Assembly (NCBI GenBank): GCA_036676985.1
Contig: JAKFBU010000038.1
Coordinates: 128,001-192,000 of the forward strand
From: Candidatus Sericytochromatia bacterium
Lineage (GTDB): Bacteria > Cyanobacteriota > Sericytochromatia > S15B-MN24 > UBA4093
DNA: 64,000 nt
Direction of reading: 5' to 3'
A program made the position numbers and the translations under genes. Under the pieces are notes generated by a model, which saw only the letters and a list, made by a program, of their open reading frames with translations, had not been told where the DNA came from and did no database searches. Below, one piece after another: positions 1-9,767 of this stretch (within the stretch, counting starts at the first letter, position 1; the number at the start of each line of letters is the position of its first letter).

Positions 1-1
1 T

Positions 2-211
2 TGGCTGCAGACAGGGCGTGGTGACTGGATCGCGCGCCCCGAGCAGGTCGAGCGAGCCGCCCGCAAGCCGGTCTCCCTCGGCTACTGGTTGCGCGTCATG
101 ACCCGGCTCGAGCTGGCGCGCAAGCAGCTCTTGGGCCATGCCAACGGCAAGCTGCTGTGGACCGTGCTCGCCGGCGACGTACAGCCGACGGCGCGCGAAC
201 GGCGCGCTTAG
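2..211 (+). CDS. holB: DNA polymerase III delta' subunit, C-terminal fragment (partial, runs off window start)
   Basis: Frame 2 reads WLQTG...LELARKQLLGHANGKLLWTVL...* to TAG at 209-211. It resembles HolB C-termini, and holB followed by yaaT is a common gene order. Confidence 0.55.
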   Translation, partial: WLQTGRGDWIARPEQVERAARKPVSLGYWLRVMTRLELARKQLLGHANGKLLWTVLAGDVQPTARERRA

Positions 212-223
212 AAAGGACCCGTC

Positions 224-1048
224 TTGATCGCGGCGATCCGGACCCGTACCGGCGACCTCCACGTCTTGGACCCCCAGGATGACGCGCTCACCCGGGGGCA
301 GTTCGTCGTCTACGAGACGGAGCGGGGCCTCGACTGCTCGCCCGTCATCTCGCTGGCGACGTCCATGATGACGGAGTACGCCAAGACGCCCACGGTGCGC
401 TTCATCCGCCCGGCCACCGATCAGGACATGCTGCAGCTCGACAGCAAGTGGCGCGAGGAGGCCCGCGCCCACACGCTCGGAGCCGAGAAGATCGCAGCCC
501 ACGGACTGCCCATGAAGCTGGTCGAGACCGTCTACACGCTCGACTTCAGCCGTCTCACCTTCTTCTACACCGCGGACAACCGTGTGGATTTCCGCCAGCT
601 CCTCAAGGACCTCACGGCCACGTTCCGCCGGACCCGCATCGAGCTGCGCCAGATCGGCGTGCGCGACGCCGCCGGCATGATGGGCGGGGTGGGCCCTTGC
701 GGCCGCGAGCTCTGCTGCTCGACCTTCCTCAAGGAGTTCGCGCCCATCACCATCAAGCTCGCCAAGGACCAGAACCTGCCGCTCAATCCCAGCAAGATCA
801 GCGGCCTGTGCGGGCGACTCATGTGCTGCCTCTCCTACGAGCATGAGATGTACCTCGAGATCAAGCACGAGCTGCCCGTGGTCGGCAGCCGCGTCAAGGT
901 CGACGAGGGCGTGGGCTTGGTCATCGAGCAGGTGGTCATGAAGGAGGCCGTTAAGGTGGAGATCAACGACGACCTGGTGGTCGAGGTGCCCGTGTCGCGC
1001 CTGCACGACTACCAGAAGCCTTCAGGAGCCGCGGCCGATGACGCTTAG
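224..1048 (+). CDS. yaaT: PSP1-domain / stage 0 sporulation YaaT (RicT) family protein
   Basis: Motifs FYTADNRVDFRQL, RIELRQIGVRD, GPCGRELCC, NPSKISGLCGRLMCCL. Confidence 0.9.
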   Translation: MIAAIRTRTGDLHVLDPQDDALTRGQFVVYETERGLDCSPVISLATSMMTEYAKTPTVRFIRPATDQDMLQLDSKWREEARAHTLGAEKIAAHGLPMKLVETVYTLDFSRLTFFYTADNRVDFRQLLKDLTATFRRTRIELRQIGVRDAAGMMGGVGPCGRELCCSTFLKEFAPITIKLAKDQNLPLNPSKISGLCGRLMCCLSYEHEMYLEIKHELPVVGSRVKVDEGVGLVIEQVVMKEAVKVEINDDLVVEVPVSRLHDYQKPSGAAADDA

Positions 1049-1847
1049 CGAGAGACTCGGCATCCGCGGCGCCTGGCCGCTCATCGGCGTCGTACACCTG
1101 GAGCCCTTGCCGGGCAGCCCCCGCTGGGGGGGGGACCTCGGCGCGGTTCGGGATGCCGCCCGCAGGGCCGCCGAGGCCTACAAGGCGGGGGGCCTGGACG
1201 CCCTCATCATCGAGAACTACGGCGACGTGCCCTTCACGGGCGGGTCGGTTCCCGCTGCGACCGTGGCCGCCATGGCCGTGCTCGTCGAGGCCGTGAAAGC
1301 CGAGTTCGGCCCGGCGGTGGGCGTGAACGTCCTGCGCAACGACGGCGTTTCGGCCCTGTCCGTCGCGGCGGCGACCGGGGCGCGCTTCGTGCGGGTCAAC
1401 GTGCTCGTGGGGGCCATGGTCACGGACCAGGGCCTCCTGGAGGGCGATGCCTGGACCGTGCAGCGCGCGCGCCGCGAGCTGGCACCCGGCTGCCGCATCT
1501 GGGCGGACGTGATGGTCAAGCACGCCGTGCCCGTCGGCGCGCCCCGCCTCGAGGACCTGGCGGACGACACCTACCATCGGGCCCTGGCCGACGCCCTCAT
1601 CCTGTCGGGCCGGGCCACCGGAGCGCCCTCGGACCCCGAGGACTTCCGGCACGTCGCCCAAAAGGTCCCGGACGCGCCGCTCATCGTGGGTAGCGGCCTG
1701 ACCATCGAGACCCTGGCCACGACCATGAAGGTGGCCCACGGCGCCATCGTCGCCACCAGCCTCAAGACGGCCGGCCGGGTCGATGCCGAGAAGGTCCGGC
1801 GCCTCGTGGACCATCGCGATGAAGTCCTCGCCACTCTAAGGAGCTAG
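1038..1847 (+). CDS. btpA: BtpA/SgcQ family TIM-barrel protein
   Basis: IGVVHLEPLPGSP, IIENYGDVPF, GVNVLRND, ADVMVKHA motifs. Confidence 0.9.
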   Translation: MTLSERLGIRGAWPLIGVVHLEPLPGSPRWGGDLGAVRDAARRAAEAYKAGGLDALIIENYGDVPFTGGSVPAATVAAMAVLVEAVKAEFGPAVGVNVLRNDGVSALSVAAATGARFVRVNVLVGAMVTDQGLLEGDAWTVQRARRELAPGCRIWADVMVKHAVPVGAPRLEDLADDTYHRALADALILSGRATGAPSDPEDFRHVAQKVPDAPLIVGSGLTIETLATTMKVAHGAIVATSLKTAGRVDAEKVRRLVDHRDEVLATLRS

Positions 1848-1851
1848 CCAC

Positions 1852-3120
1852 ATGTCGCATCTTCGCAGCCGTACGGCGCTCGCCCTCGCCCTGACCCTCG
1901 CCCTTTCCGCGTGCTCCGGCGGCGGAGACAAGGATTCCGAGCGCAAGGTCGAGTTCTGGACCATGGCCCTCAAGCCGACGTTCACGGCCTACATCCAGGA
2001 GACGCTCGACCAGTTCCAGCAGGAGAACCCCGAGATCCTGGTGGAGTGGGTCGACGTGCCCGGCAGCGCCATCGAGGACAAGACCCTCTCGGCCGTGAGC
2101 GGCGGTACGCCGCCGGATCTGGTCAACCTCAACCCGGACTTCGCCCAGCGGCTCGCCAGCAAGGGCGCCCTGCAGGACCTGTCCGCCAAGGTGCCCCAGG
2201 ACGTCCAGGACTCCTACTTCCCCTCGTCGCTCGACGCCAACCGGGTCGACGGCAAGCTCATCGGCCTGCCCTGGTACCTTTCGACCCAGGTGGCCATCTA
2301 CAACCGGGCGATCCTGGACAAGGCGGGCCTCAAGACGCTGCCCGGGACCTATCGTGACCTCGCCTCCCAGGCTCCGGCCTTCGAGCAGGCGGGAGCGGTG
2401 CCCTTCTTGCCCAACCTGGGGGACACCAACCGCATTCTCGAGCTGTTGGCCCTGGACGGTGTGACGTTGCTGTCGGCCGATCGCAAGAAGGCGGCATTCT
2501 ACACCCCGGAAGGCCGCGAGTCCTTCGCCTTCTGGGCCAACTTGTTCCGGGACGGCGTCCTGCCCAAGGAGGCGCTCAGCCTCGACAACCGCGAGATCGT
2601 GGACCGCTTCCAGGCGGGCCAGTCGGCCGTGTTGCCGGCGGGGCCGCAGTTCCTCAAGCAGGTCAAGGAGAACGCGCCCGAGCTCTACAAGACGGTGGAC
2701 GTAGCGCCGCAGATCGCGGGCAAGAGCGGCAAGGTGGGCGTGGGCGTCATGAACCTGGTGGTGCCGACCACGAGCAAGCGCCAGGACGATGCCATCAAGC
2801 TCGCGACCTATATCACCAACGCCGAGAACCAGCTCGCCTTCTGCAAGCTCGCGGGCATCCTGCCCTCGGCCAAGGCCGCCGCGGCCGATCCCTTCTTCAC
2901 GACCCTGCCGGCCACGGCGTCGGTCGAGGACCGCGCCCGCCAGATCGCCGCCGAGCAGCTCAAGCGGTCGGTCCTACTGGTGCCGCCCATGCCGCATCAG
3001 GCGGACCTCAAGAAGGCGATGAACGCGGCCCTGCAGCGCGCGGCTCTGGGTCAGCAGACGCCTGACGAGGCCCTCAAGCAGGCGGAGGCCGATTGGGAGA
3101 GGATCCTCGCCACGCCATGA
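1852..3120 (+). CDS. Sugar ABC transporter substrate-binding lipoprotein
   Basis: Lipobox LSAC; EFWTMALKP, PPDLVNLNPDF and LPWY motifs of SBP family 1. Confidence 0.9.
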   Translation: MSHLRSRTALALALTLALSACSGGGDKDSERKVEFWTMALKPTFTAYIQETLDQFQQENPEILVEWVDVPGSAIEDKTLSAVSGGTPPDLVNLNPDFAQRLASKGALQDLSAKVPQDVQDSYFPSSLDANRVDGKLIGLPWYLSTQVAIYNRAILDKAGLKTLPGTYRDLASQAPAFEQAGAVPFLPNLGDTNRILELLALDGVTLLSADRKKAAFYTPEGRESFAFWANLFRDGVLPKEALSLDNREIVDRFQAGQSAVLPAGPQFLKQVKENAPELYKTVDVAPQIAGKSGKVGVGVMNLVVPTTSKRQDDAIKLATYITNAENQLAFCKLAGILPSAKAAAADPFFTTLPATASVEDRARQIAAEQLKRSVLLVPPMPHQADLKKAMNAALQRAALGQQTPDEALKQAEADWERILATP

Positions 3121-4016
3121 TCACCGCGAAGCGCCGATTCAACTGGACGCCCTTCCTCTACCTGGCCCCGGCCGGGCTGATCCTGGGCGTGTTCTGGTTC
3201 CTGCCGGCCCTGATGGCCGTCGTGACCTCGTTCACCCAGGTGAACCTGGGCTCCAGCAACGAGTTCCTGGAGCAGTTCAAGTGGATCGGCTTCGAGAACT
3301 ACGCGGTCATGGCCCGCGATCCGCTCTTCTACAAGGCGCTCGCCAACTCCTGGATCTATTTGCTGGGCGTGGTGCCGCCGCTGGTCATCCTGCCCTTGAT
3401 CCTTGCCATCCTCGTCAACGTGCCCATGCGGGGCATCGGCTTCTTCAGGGCGGCGTATTACCTGCCCGTCATCATCCCGATCGTGGTGGTCGGCCTGACC
3501 TGGAAGTGGCTCTATGCCGAGAACGGGTTGGTGAACTACGTGGGGCAGGCCATGTTCCCGTGGCTCCTGCAGCATCCGCTGCCGTGGCTGAGCCTGCCGG
3601 AGACGGCCCTGGGCGCGGTCATGGCCGTGACGGTCTGGAAGGGCCTCGGCTACTACATGGTCATCTACCTGGCGGGCCTGCAGGCCCTGCCCAAGGAGAT
3701 CTACGAGTCGGCGGACCTGGACGGCGCCAATCGGTTGAAGCAGCACCTGCACCTGACGCTGCCGCTCATGATCCCGCAGATGGGCCTGGTGGCCATCATC
3801 TCGAGCATCAACGCCCTCAAGGTGTTCGCGGAGATCTGGGTGCTGACCAAGGGCGGCCCCCTGGACGCGTCGACGACCATGGTCTACTACCTGTACCAGC
3901 AGGCCTTCGAGAACCTGAACATGGGCTATGCGAGCGCGCTGGGCATGGTGCTGTTCGCCATGACGCTCGCGCTGTCGCTGTTGAACAAGTTCTATAGCGA
4001 TCGCTTCGCGCAATAG
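3117..4016 (+). CDS. Carbohydrate ABC transporter permease
   Basis: ATGA overlap with the upstream stop; TM helices; EAA loop EIYESADLDGA; TKGGP motif. Confidence 0.9.
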   Translation: MITAKRRFNWTPFLYLAPAGLILGVFWFLPALMAVVTSFTQVNLGSSNEFLEQFKWIGFENYAVMARDPLFYKALANSWIYLLGVVPPLVILPLILAILVNVPMRGIGFFRAAYYLPVIIPIVVVGLTWKWLYAENGLVNYVGQAMFPWLLQHPLPWLSLPETALGAVMAVTVWKGLGYYMVIYLAGLQALPKEIYESADLDGANRLKQHLHLTLPLMIPQMGLVAIISSINALKVFAEIWVLTKGGPLDASTTMVYYLYQQAFENLNMGYASALGMVLFAMTLALSLLNKFYSDRFAQ

Positions 4017-4030
4017 CACCAAACGCATGC

Positions 4031-4064
4031 TGAAAGGCCCGCTCCTGAGGGAGCGGGCCTTTCA
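4031..4064. terminator. Bidirectional intrinsic terminator
   Basis: Perfect hairpin TGAAAGGCCCGCTCC-TGAG-GGAGCGGGCCTTTCA between convergent genes. Confidence 0.8.
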
Positions 4065-4072
4065 ACGGTCGG

Positions 4073-6385
4073 TTACTTGCCGTACGGCTTGCCGTTGTCG
4101 CGCAGGTGCTCCAGCGCGCGGCGCTGCTTGTCCGTCTCCACGTCCGTGATCCCGTCCTTGCCGGCGTTGTTGATCTTCAGCGTCCGGTTGTCGGTCTGGA
4201 CGTAGTCCGTGAGGTTGTTGCGATCCCCGCTGTCCCGGCGATCCTCGAAGGTGTTGAACTGCACCTTGTCGTAGTACGCCCAGACCTGGTCCAGGCCCGG
4301 ATCCGCCAGCATGCCCTTCAGGGCGTTCAGCTGCGCCATGCGATCCGCGGTGGACGTGCCCTCCTCGAAGTCGATGCTCACCGGATGGCCGGCCTTCTCC
4401 GTGAGGGTCTTCTCCAGCTGCTGCTCGAGGTCCGCCGCACCCGCCGTCGCGTTGTGCTTGTCGCGCAGCTGCTCCATGGCCCGGACCTGCTTGTCGAACT
4501 CGACATCCGTCAGCTCGCTGTTGCCGGGCTGGTTGATCTTCAGGGTCTTGCCCTTCTCCTCGACGTAGCCGTCGAGGTTGTTGGGATCGCCGCTGTCCCG
4601 CTTCGACTCGTAGACGTCGAGCTCCACCTTGTCGTACTGCTTCCAGGTGTTGTCGTAGCTCGGATCGTTCGCCATCTTCTGGAGCATCTCCAGCTGGCGG
4701 AGCTTGTCCTGGTCGCTCATGTCGTCGGCCCACTCGACCTTGACCGGATGGCCCGCCTTCTGGCTGATGGCCGCCTCGACCGCCGCCGTGGTCTGCTCGA
4801 CCTGCTGGGCCACCTCTTGCTTGCCGACGTTCTCGAGGGCCTCCTTGGCCTGTGAGTTACCCGCAGCGAGCTCCTCGGTCACGCCCTGGAGCGTCTTGCC
4901 GCCACCCATGGCCCCGGCGAGGCGATCCACGTCGCCCTTGCTGAGGTTGGTCCACGCGTCCTCGCCCGACTCGATGGTGCCGAACTTGAGCACGTCGAAG
5001 TTCTTGATCAGGGCCTCCTTCGCGGGGCCGTCCGGCATGTTCTTTTCGAGGTCCTCGCGGGAGACCTTGCCGTCGCCGCCCGAGACCTGATCGAAGTTCT
5101 GCTGGAGGTACTGGACGCCTTCGGCCTCCTTGACCTGGTTCTCGAAGCCCTGCTTGAAGTCCTCGACCTTCTTGGCAAAGGACTCCCGACCCGGGGTGCC
5201 CTCGGGGATCTGGGCGAGCGCAGCGTCGAGCTGCTTCGCCGTCTCCTCGTTGGCCTTGCGATCGGTGGCGCTCGGCGGGTTCTCGGTGAGGGCGTTGATC
5301 TGCTGCTCGGCCTGGGTCGCGACCTGGCCCACGGCGTCGGTCATCCACTTCTTGCCGACGGTGGCCTCGAGATCCTGGACCTTCTGCTCGTACGCGGCGC
5401 GCTGCGGATCGTCCGCGGGGATCTTGCCGAGGGCCTCCTTGGCGTCCGCGACCGTCTTCTGGTCACGCTGCTTCTGCTCGTCGATGCGGTCGGGCGAGCC
5501 GCCCGTGGGCCGATCGGGCGAGACGCCCTTGGCTGCGGCGTCGATGGCCTCCTTGGCCTGCTTGGCCTCGGGGGTCTCGGCGGGCGTCTTGCCGGGGATC
5601 TTGATCTGGTCGCCCGGGTAGATGAGGTCGCCGCCCGTCGTGCGCCGCCGGCCCGCGGAGTCCTTGCCGTTCTGGAAGAGCTCGGGGTTCGCCTTCTTGA
5701 GTTCGTCAAGCGTGACGTTGTTCTCGCGGGCGATGCGGCCCAGGGTGTCGCCCGCCGCGACCGCGTGGGTCTTGGCCTCGGGCGTCGTCGCAGCCTCCTG
5801 CTGCTCCTGGACGGGGGCTTCGCGATCGCCGTAATTCGCCTTGAAGTCCGCCTGGAGCTGCTTGACCTTGGTTTCGTACGAGGCGCGCTGCGGGTCGTTG
5901 GCGGGCAGGTTGGCGAGGGCTGCCTCGGCCTTGAGCAGCTCGCGCTCGTTAGAGCTCTTGCTCCGCTCGTACGTCTGCGGACTGGTGTCGTCCGGCTTGG
6001 AGATGCTGGCGTTGTCGAGCGTCTGGCGGGCGTCTGCGTCGACCTTGTGCTCGGCGAGGCCCGCCACCAGGGCGTTGAACTCGCTCGTGTCGATCTTGCC
6101 GTCGGCGCTCTTGTCGGCCTGATCGTAGATCTTCTCCAGTTCGGTGCGCTCCTGGGTCTGACGCTCCGCGTTCAGGTTCTTGTACTGCCCCATTTGCTGA
6201 TCGACGAACTGGTCCTTGTTGGTGACTGGAGCATCCGGAACGTCGACCGTGACCTCCTGGGTCTGTTCCTTCATCTCGGTGATGGTCTTCTGGACCTGGG
6301 TCTCCTGGCCTTTTTCGCCCTTGACCGTCTCGTTCACCGTCCGGGTGACGGGAACCTGCACCGTGACCGATTGCTTGACTTGCAT
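4073..6385 (-). CDS. LysM-domain repeat protein with EF-hand-like motifs and a duplicated C-terminal domain (no signal peptide)
   Basis: LysM HAVAAGDTLGRIAREN...LIYPGDQIKIP; EF-like DKSADGKIDTSEF; two 100-aa C-terminal repeats; RBS GGAGGAG. Confidence 0.75.
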   Translation of the reverse strand: MQVKQSVTVQVPVTRTVNETVKGEKGQETQVQKTITEMKEQTQEVTVDVPDAPVTNKDQFVDQQMGQYKNLNAERQTQERTELEKIYDQADKSADGKIDTSEFNALVAGLAEHKVDADARQTLDNASISKPDDTSPQTYERSKSSNERELLKAEAALANLPANDPQRASYETKVKQLQADFKANYGDREAPVQEQQEAATTPEAKTHAVAAGDTLGRIARENNVTLDELKKANPELFQNGKDSAGRRRTTGGDLIYPGDQIKIPGKTPAETPEAKQAKEAIDAAAKGVSPDRPTGGSPDRIDEQKQRDQKTVADAKEALGKIPADDPQRAAYEQKVQDLEATVGKKWMTDAVGQVATQAEQQINALTENPPSATDRKANEETAKQLDAALAQIPEGTPGRESFAKKVEDFKQGFENQVKEAEGVQYLQQNFDQVSGGDGKVSREDLEKNMPDGPAKEALIKNFDVLKFGTIESGEDAWTNLSKGDVDRLAGAMGGGKTLQGVTEELAAGNSQAKEALENVGKQEVAQQVEQTTAAVEAAISQKAGHPVKVEWADDMSDQDKLRQLEMLQKMANDPSYDNTWKQYDKVELDVYESKRDSGDPNNLDGYVEEKGKTLKINQPGNSELTDVEFDKQVRAMEQLRDKHNATAGAADLEQQLEKTLTEKAGHPVSIDFEEGTSTADRMAQLNALKGMLADPGLDQVWAYYDKVQFNTFEDRRDSGDRNNLTDYVQTDNRTLKINNAGKDGITDVETDKQRRALEHLRDNGKPYGK

Positions 6386-6544
6386 GCCGCTGCTCCTCCG
6401 TCGCTCGCTCTACGGTGATGTCGTGACGTCCGGCGCGAGTCTGACGTCTCCAATGAACTCTTAATGAATCAGTCAGAAGACCGAGGGTTCTATACCCGAT
6501 ACCGGTCTCTTGCTCGCATGTCACAGCGGATGCGCGGGGGCGCC

Positions 6545-7525
6545 TTAGCGGTTGGCGAAGGCCTCGAAGCCGCCCCAGAGGAAGTCGACGCCGCCCGGGA
6601 AGAGGCGGTGATAGCGCCCGACCACCGGCGAGAGATAGTCGGGAGGATTCTGCTTCAGGACGACCGTCACCTTGGGCGTATACGAAAAGAAGCCCCGGAA
6701 GAGCAAGTAGCGGATGTTGGCGTCGGCATCGCTCAGCGAGTAGCCGATGAAGACGATCTCCTTGGCCTTCGTCAGCTCCCACTCCGCCTTTTTCCACAGG
6801 GAGGATAAAAAGGGCGACGGCGGGACCTTCATGGGCGTCGGCGGCACGATGAGGGCAGTGAGCAGGGCGTTGCACGTCGGGCAGGCCTGCCCGCGGCCGA
6901 CCTTCCGGTCGCCGGTGAAGACGGTGGTGTAGCAGGACGGGCAGTAGCCCCAGTTGATGGATCCGTGCAGCTTGAAGAGCTTGATGTCGCCTCGGGAGGG
7001 GTGTGGGCCCAGCACCGTCTCGTGCCCGGCGGCGTCCCCGAGGTCGAGGAAGTCCAGGCTGTAGTTCGGCGTGAAGCCGCATTTGTGCAAGGCGGAGTCC
7101 AGGAGCAGGTCGTAGTTCAGGGAGATGAGGCTCGTGTCCTCATCCGGCAGACCCTCCAGGAGCTGCTGATACAGGCCCTGGTCGCCGTTGCCGTTGGTCT
7201 GCGTGTCGAGCGTGTCGCCGATGACGTCGTAGATGCAGGTGACCAGCTCCTCGCGGCAGCGCGTGAGGTCCGAGATGCTCCAGCACTGGCCGATGGGTTC
7301 CCCCTTGCCGAGGCACATGTCCAGGATGGACAGAAGCTCCTCGATGGACGGGAGGAGCTTGAAGTCCGTGAAGCCCCAGTCCGAGAGGAAGCGCTCGAGG
7401 GTTTCGTACTGGCCCTTGCGCCGCGACAGACCGCCGCGCAGGAGGTTGGTGTTGGTGGGCGCCACGGGGGATTCCGCGGCGCTCGCTCCGGCCCCAAAGA
7501 AGTAGATGGTCTTCCGGCGCTCCAT
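6545..7525 (-). CDS. SIR2-like (SIR2_2-type) protein with a zinc-binding insert
   Basis: FFGAGAS, SLNYDLLLD, KLHGSINW, CPSC...CPTC, IVPPT, FIGYSL motifs. Confidence 0.85.
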   Translation of the reverse strand: MERRKTIYFFGAGASAAESPVAPTNTNLLRGGLSRRKGQYETLERFLSDWGFTDFKLLPSIEELLSILDMCLGKGEPIGQCWSISDLTRCREELVTCIYDVIGDTLDTQTNGNGDQGLYQQLLEGLPDEDTSLISLNYDLLLDSALHKCGFTPNYSLDFLDLGDAAGHETVLGPHPSRGDIKLFKLHGSINWGYCPSCYTTVFTGDRKVGRGQACPTCNALLTALIVPPTPMKVPPSPFLSSLWKKAEWELTKAKEIVFIGYSLSDADANIRYLLFRGFFSYTPKVTVVLKQNPPDYLSPVVGRYHRLFPGGVDFLWGGFEAFANR

Positions 7526-7538
7526 GCGCGCCTCCTAT

Positions 7539-9767
7539 CTAGCGATCCAGGGGGAGCGTGAACCAGAATGTGCTGCCCTCGCCCGGCGCGCTGTCGACGC
7601 CGATGCGCCCGCCGTGGGCCTCCACGAGGGCCTTGGCGATCGAGAGGCCGAGACCGGTGCCGCCGACCCGGCGGGTGCTGCTCATGTCGATCTGCGTGAA
7701 GGGCTGGAACAACTTGGGGAGGTGCTCCGTCGCGATGCCGACTCCGTCGTCGGCTACCTCGCAGCGCAGCTGGTCGCCGTCCGAGCATGCGCGGATGCGG
7801 ATCCGGCCCCCCTCGGGCGTGAACTTGATGGCGTTGGTGGCGAGGTTGGTGAGGATCTGGGTCACCCGCTGCTCGTCCGCAACGAGCGGGGGCAGGTCGT
7901 GGGGGACCTCGACCTCGAGGACATGCCCGCGCAGCTCGGCCAGGGCGGCCAGGTGCGCCGCCACGTCCGCCGCCACTGGCGGGAAGGCCATGGGGCGCGG
8001 CTCAAGCGCGAACTTGCCGGCCTGGATCCGGCTCATGTCCAAGAGGTCGTTGATGAGGTTGAGCAGGAGGTCGGCGCCCCTCAGCATCTTGGCGAGGTAC
8101 TCGCGCTGGACGTCGCTCAAGGGACCGACCACCTCGTCCGCGAGGATGCTGCCAAAGCCCATGATGGCGTTGACGGGCGTGCGCAGCTCATGGGAGAGGA
8201 TGCTGAGGAACTGGTCCTTGAGGGCGTCGACCTGGCGCAGGTGCTCGATCTGCTCCCTCTGCAGGCGTTCGCGCTCCACCCGCTCGGAGACCTCGATGCC
8301 CAGGAACAGGATACCGTCGACCCCGTCGCCCGCTTCCCGCATAGGAACGTACGTGAAGTCCCAATAGGTCATCACGTTCGCTTCGGGCTGCTTCAGCATG
8401 AGCGGGAAGCCCTGGGCGCTCCAGGGTTCGCCCGTCTCGAGGACGTGCCGGAAGATGCGGCCGACCTGCTCGTCTCCGACGAAGGCGTCGAGGAAGGAAC
8501 GGTTGAGGAGCTGGTCGGCGGATCGGCGGACGATCCGGCAGTACTCCGCGTTCACCTGGCGGGTGATCATGTCCCGGTCGAGGACCGAAATGGCCGCCGG
8601 GGCATGATCGAGGATGTTCTCGGCGAAGTGCTTTTGCTGGCTGAGCTCCCGTGTGCGCTCCTGGACCTGGACCTCGAGGGTCTTGCGGGCCCGATCGAGG
8701 TCCTCTAGCAGCGCGGCCACCCGGATGGCGACCGCCATCTGGTCCGAGAAGGATCGCAAGAGCTGCCGCTCATTCTCGGGGAAGGTGCGCACGTCCTCCC
8801 AGTACAGCGACAGGACGCCCCACGCGTCGCCCTGGTAGACCAGGGGCAGGTAGATGGTGGCGCGGAAGCCGAGCTCCTCGGAGGTGCCCGGGAGCGGCGC
8901 GAACCCCTCGTAGGAGCGCGCGTCCGAGATGGCGACCGTCTCGCGGGCGAAGTACGAGGTCAAGACGGGGCTGCCCTCGCGCTTTCCAGGATAGCGGGCG
9001 TTGGCGATCGCCCGGGCCGCGTCGTCGAGCTGGTAGCCCGCCCGGATCTGCAGGCCGTCGAGCGCGTCATCCCACAGCCAGACGGCTCCCAGCTTGACGC
9101 CGATCAGGCTGCAGAGCGTCCCCAGGCCCTCTGCGAGCACGTCGTCCAGCGTGCCCGTGATCGTCAACGCGCGGCTCACGTCCGCGATGAGCTTCAGTTC
9201 GTCGTTGCGCCGGGACAGCTCCTCCGCCTTGTGCGCTAGCTCGGTGTTGAGCTCGAGGATATTGCTGTTCTCGGTCGACAGGCGCAGGTACTCGGCCTGC
9301 AACGCTGCGTAGGTCACGGCGTAGCCGCTCGTGATGTCGATGTAGAGGTGTTCGATCTCGGTGACGAGGGCGATGAGCGCCGAGGGATCGAGCGGCTGCG
9401 TCTCGAGCCACTGGATGAGGGCCAGCTTCTGCGCCGCGAGCGTCTGGACGAAGTCCGATAGGCTGATGCCCAGCTTGCCGAGCTCTTGCTGACCGGACGT
9501 GTCTCCCGCGCGGAAGCGGCCGATCACCAGCCGGACGTAGCCGTCCCGATCGCCCCTGGCCAGGTGTTCCAGCAGCTCCTGAATCCGGGCGTAAGCCACG
9601 GCCTCCAACCGCTCGCGCGGGGCCTGGATGCGGCTGAGGGCGTCCACAGGGCGGCTGAGGGTGTTCGCGATGAAGCGCTCCGCGATGTCCGGGACGGTTT
9701 CAAGCGCGGTACGGGCGATCGCCCGCAGCCCCTCGGAAACCGTCGCCAATCGGATCTCCGGGGTCAT
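7539..9767 (-). CDS. Cytoplasmic GAF-PAS sensor histidine kinase
   Basis: H-box FLSILSHELRTP, N-box NLATNAIKFT, G-boxes DDGVGI and GTGLGL; GAF (LPLVYQGDAWGVL) and PAS regions; helical N-terminal domain. Confidence 0.9.
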   Translation of the reverse strand: MTPEIRLATVSEGLRAIARTALETVPDIAERFIANTLSRPVDALSRIQAPRERLEAVAYARIQELLEHLARGDRDGYVRLVIGRFRAGDTSGQQELGKLGISLSDFVQTLAAQKLALIQWLETQPLDPSALIALVTEIEHLYIDITSGYAVTYAALQAEYLRLSTENSNILELNTELAHKAEELSRRNDELKLIADVSRALTITGTLDDVLAEGLGTLCSLIGVKLGAVWLWDDALDGLQIRAGYQLDDAARAIANARYPGKREGSPVLTSYFARETVAISDARSYEGFAPLPGTSEELGFRATIYLPLVYQGDAWGVLSLYWEDVRTFPENERQLLRSFSDQMAVAIRVAALLEDLDRARKTLEVQVQERTRELSQQKHFAENILDHAPAAISVLDRDMITRQVNAEYCRIVRRSADQLLNRSFLDAFVGDEQVGRIFRHVLETGEPWSAQGFPLMLKQPEANVMTYWDFTYVPMREAGDGVDGILFLGIEVSERVERERLQREQIEHLRQVDALKDQFLSILSHELRTPVNAIMGFGSILADEVVGPLSDVQREYLAKMLRGADLLLNLINDLLDMSRIQAGKFALEPRPMAFPPVAADVAAHLAALAELRGHVLEVEVPHDLPPLVADEQRVTQILTNLATNAIKFTPEGGRIRIRACSDGDQLRCEVADDGVGIATEHLPKLFQPFTQIDMSSTRRVGGTGLGLSIAKALVEAHGGRIGVDSAPGEGSTFWFTLPLDR

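Noticed and set aside
1038-1847. btpA (and glcDEF) as evidence of photosynthesis or photorespiration
   Set aside because: Both families are widespread in non-phototrophs, and no photosystem or carbon fixation genes are in the window.
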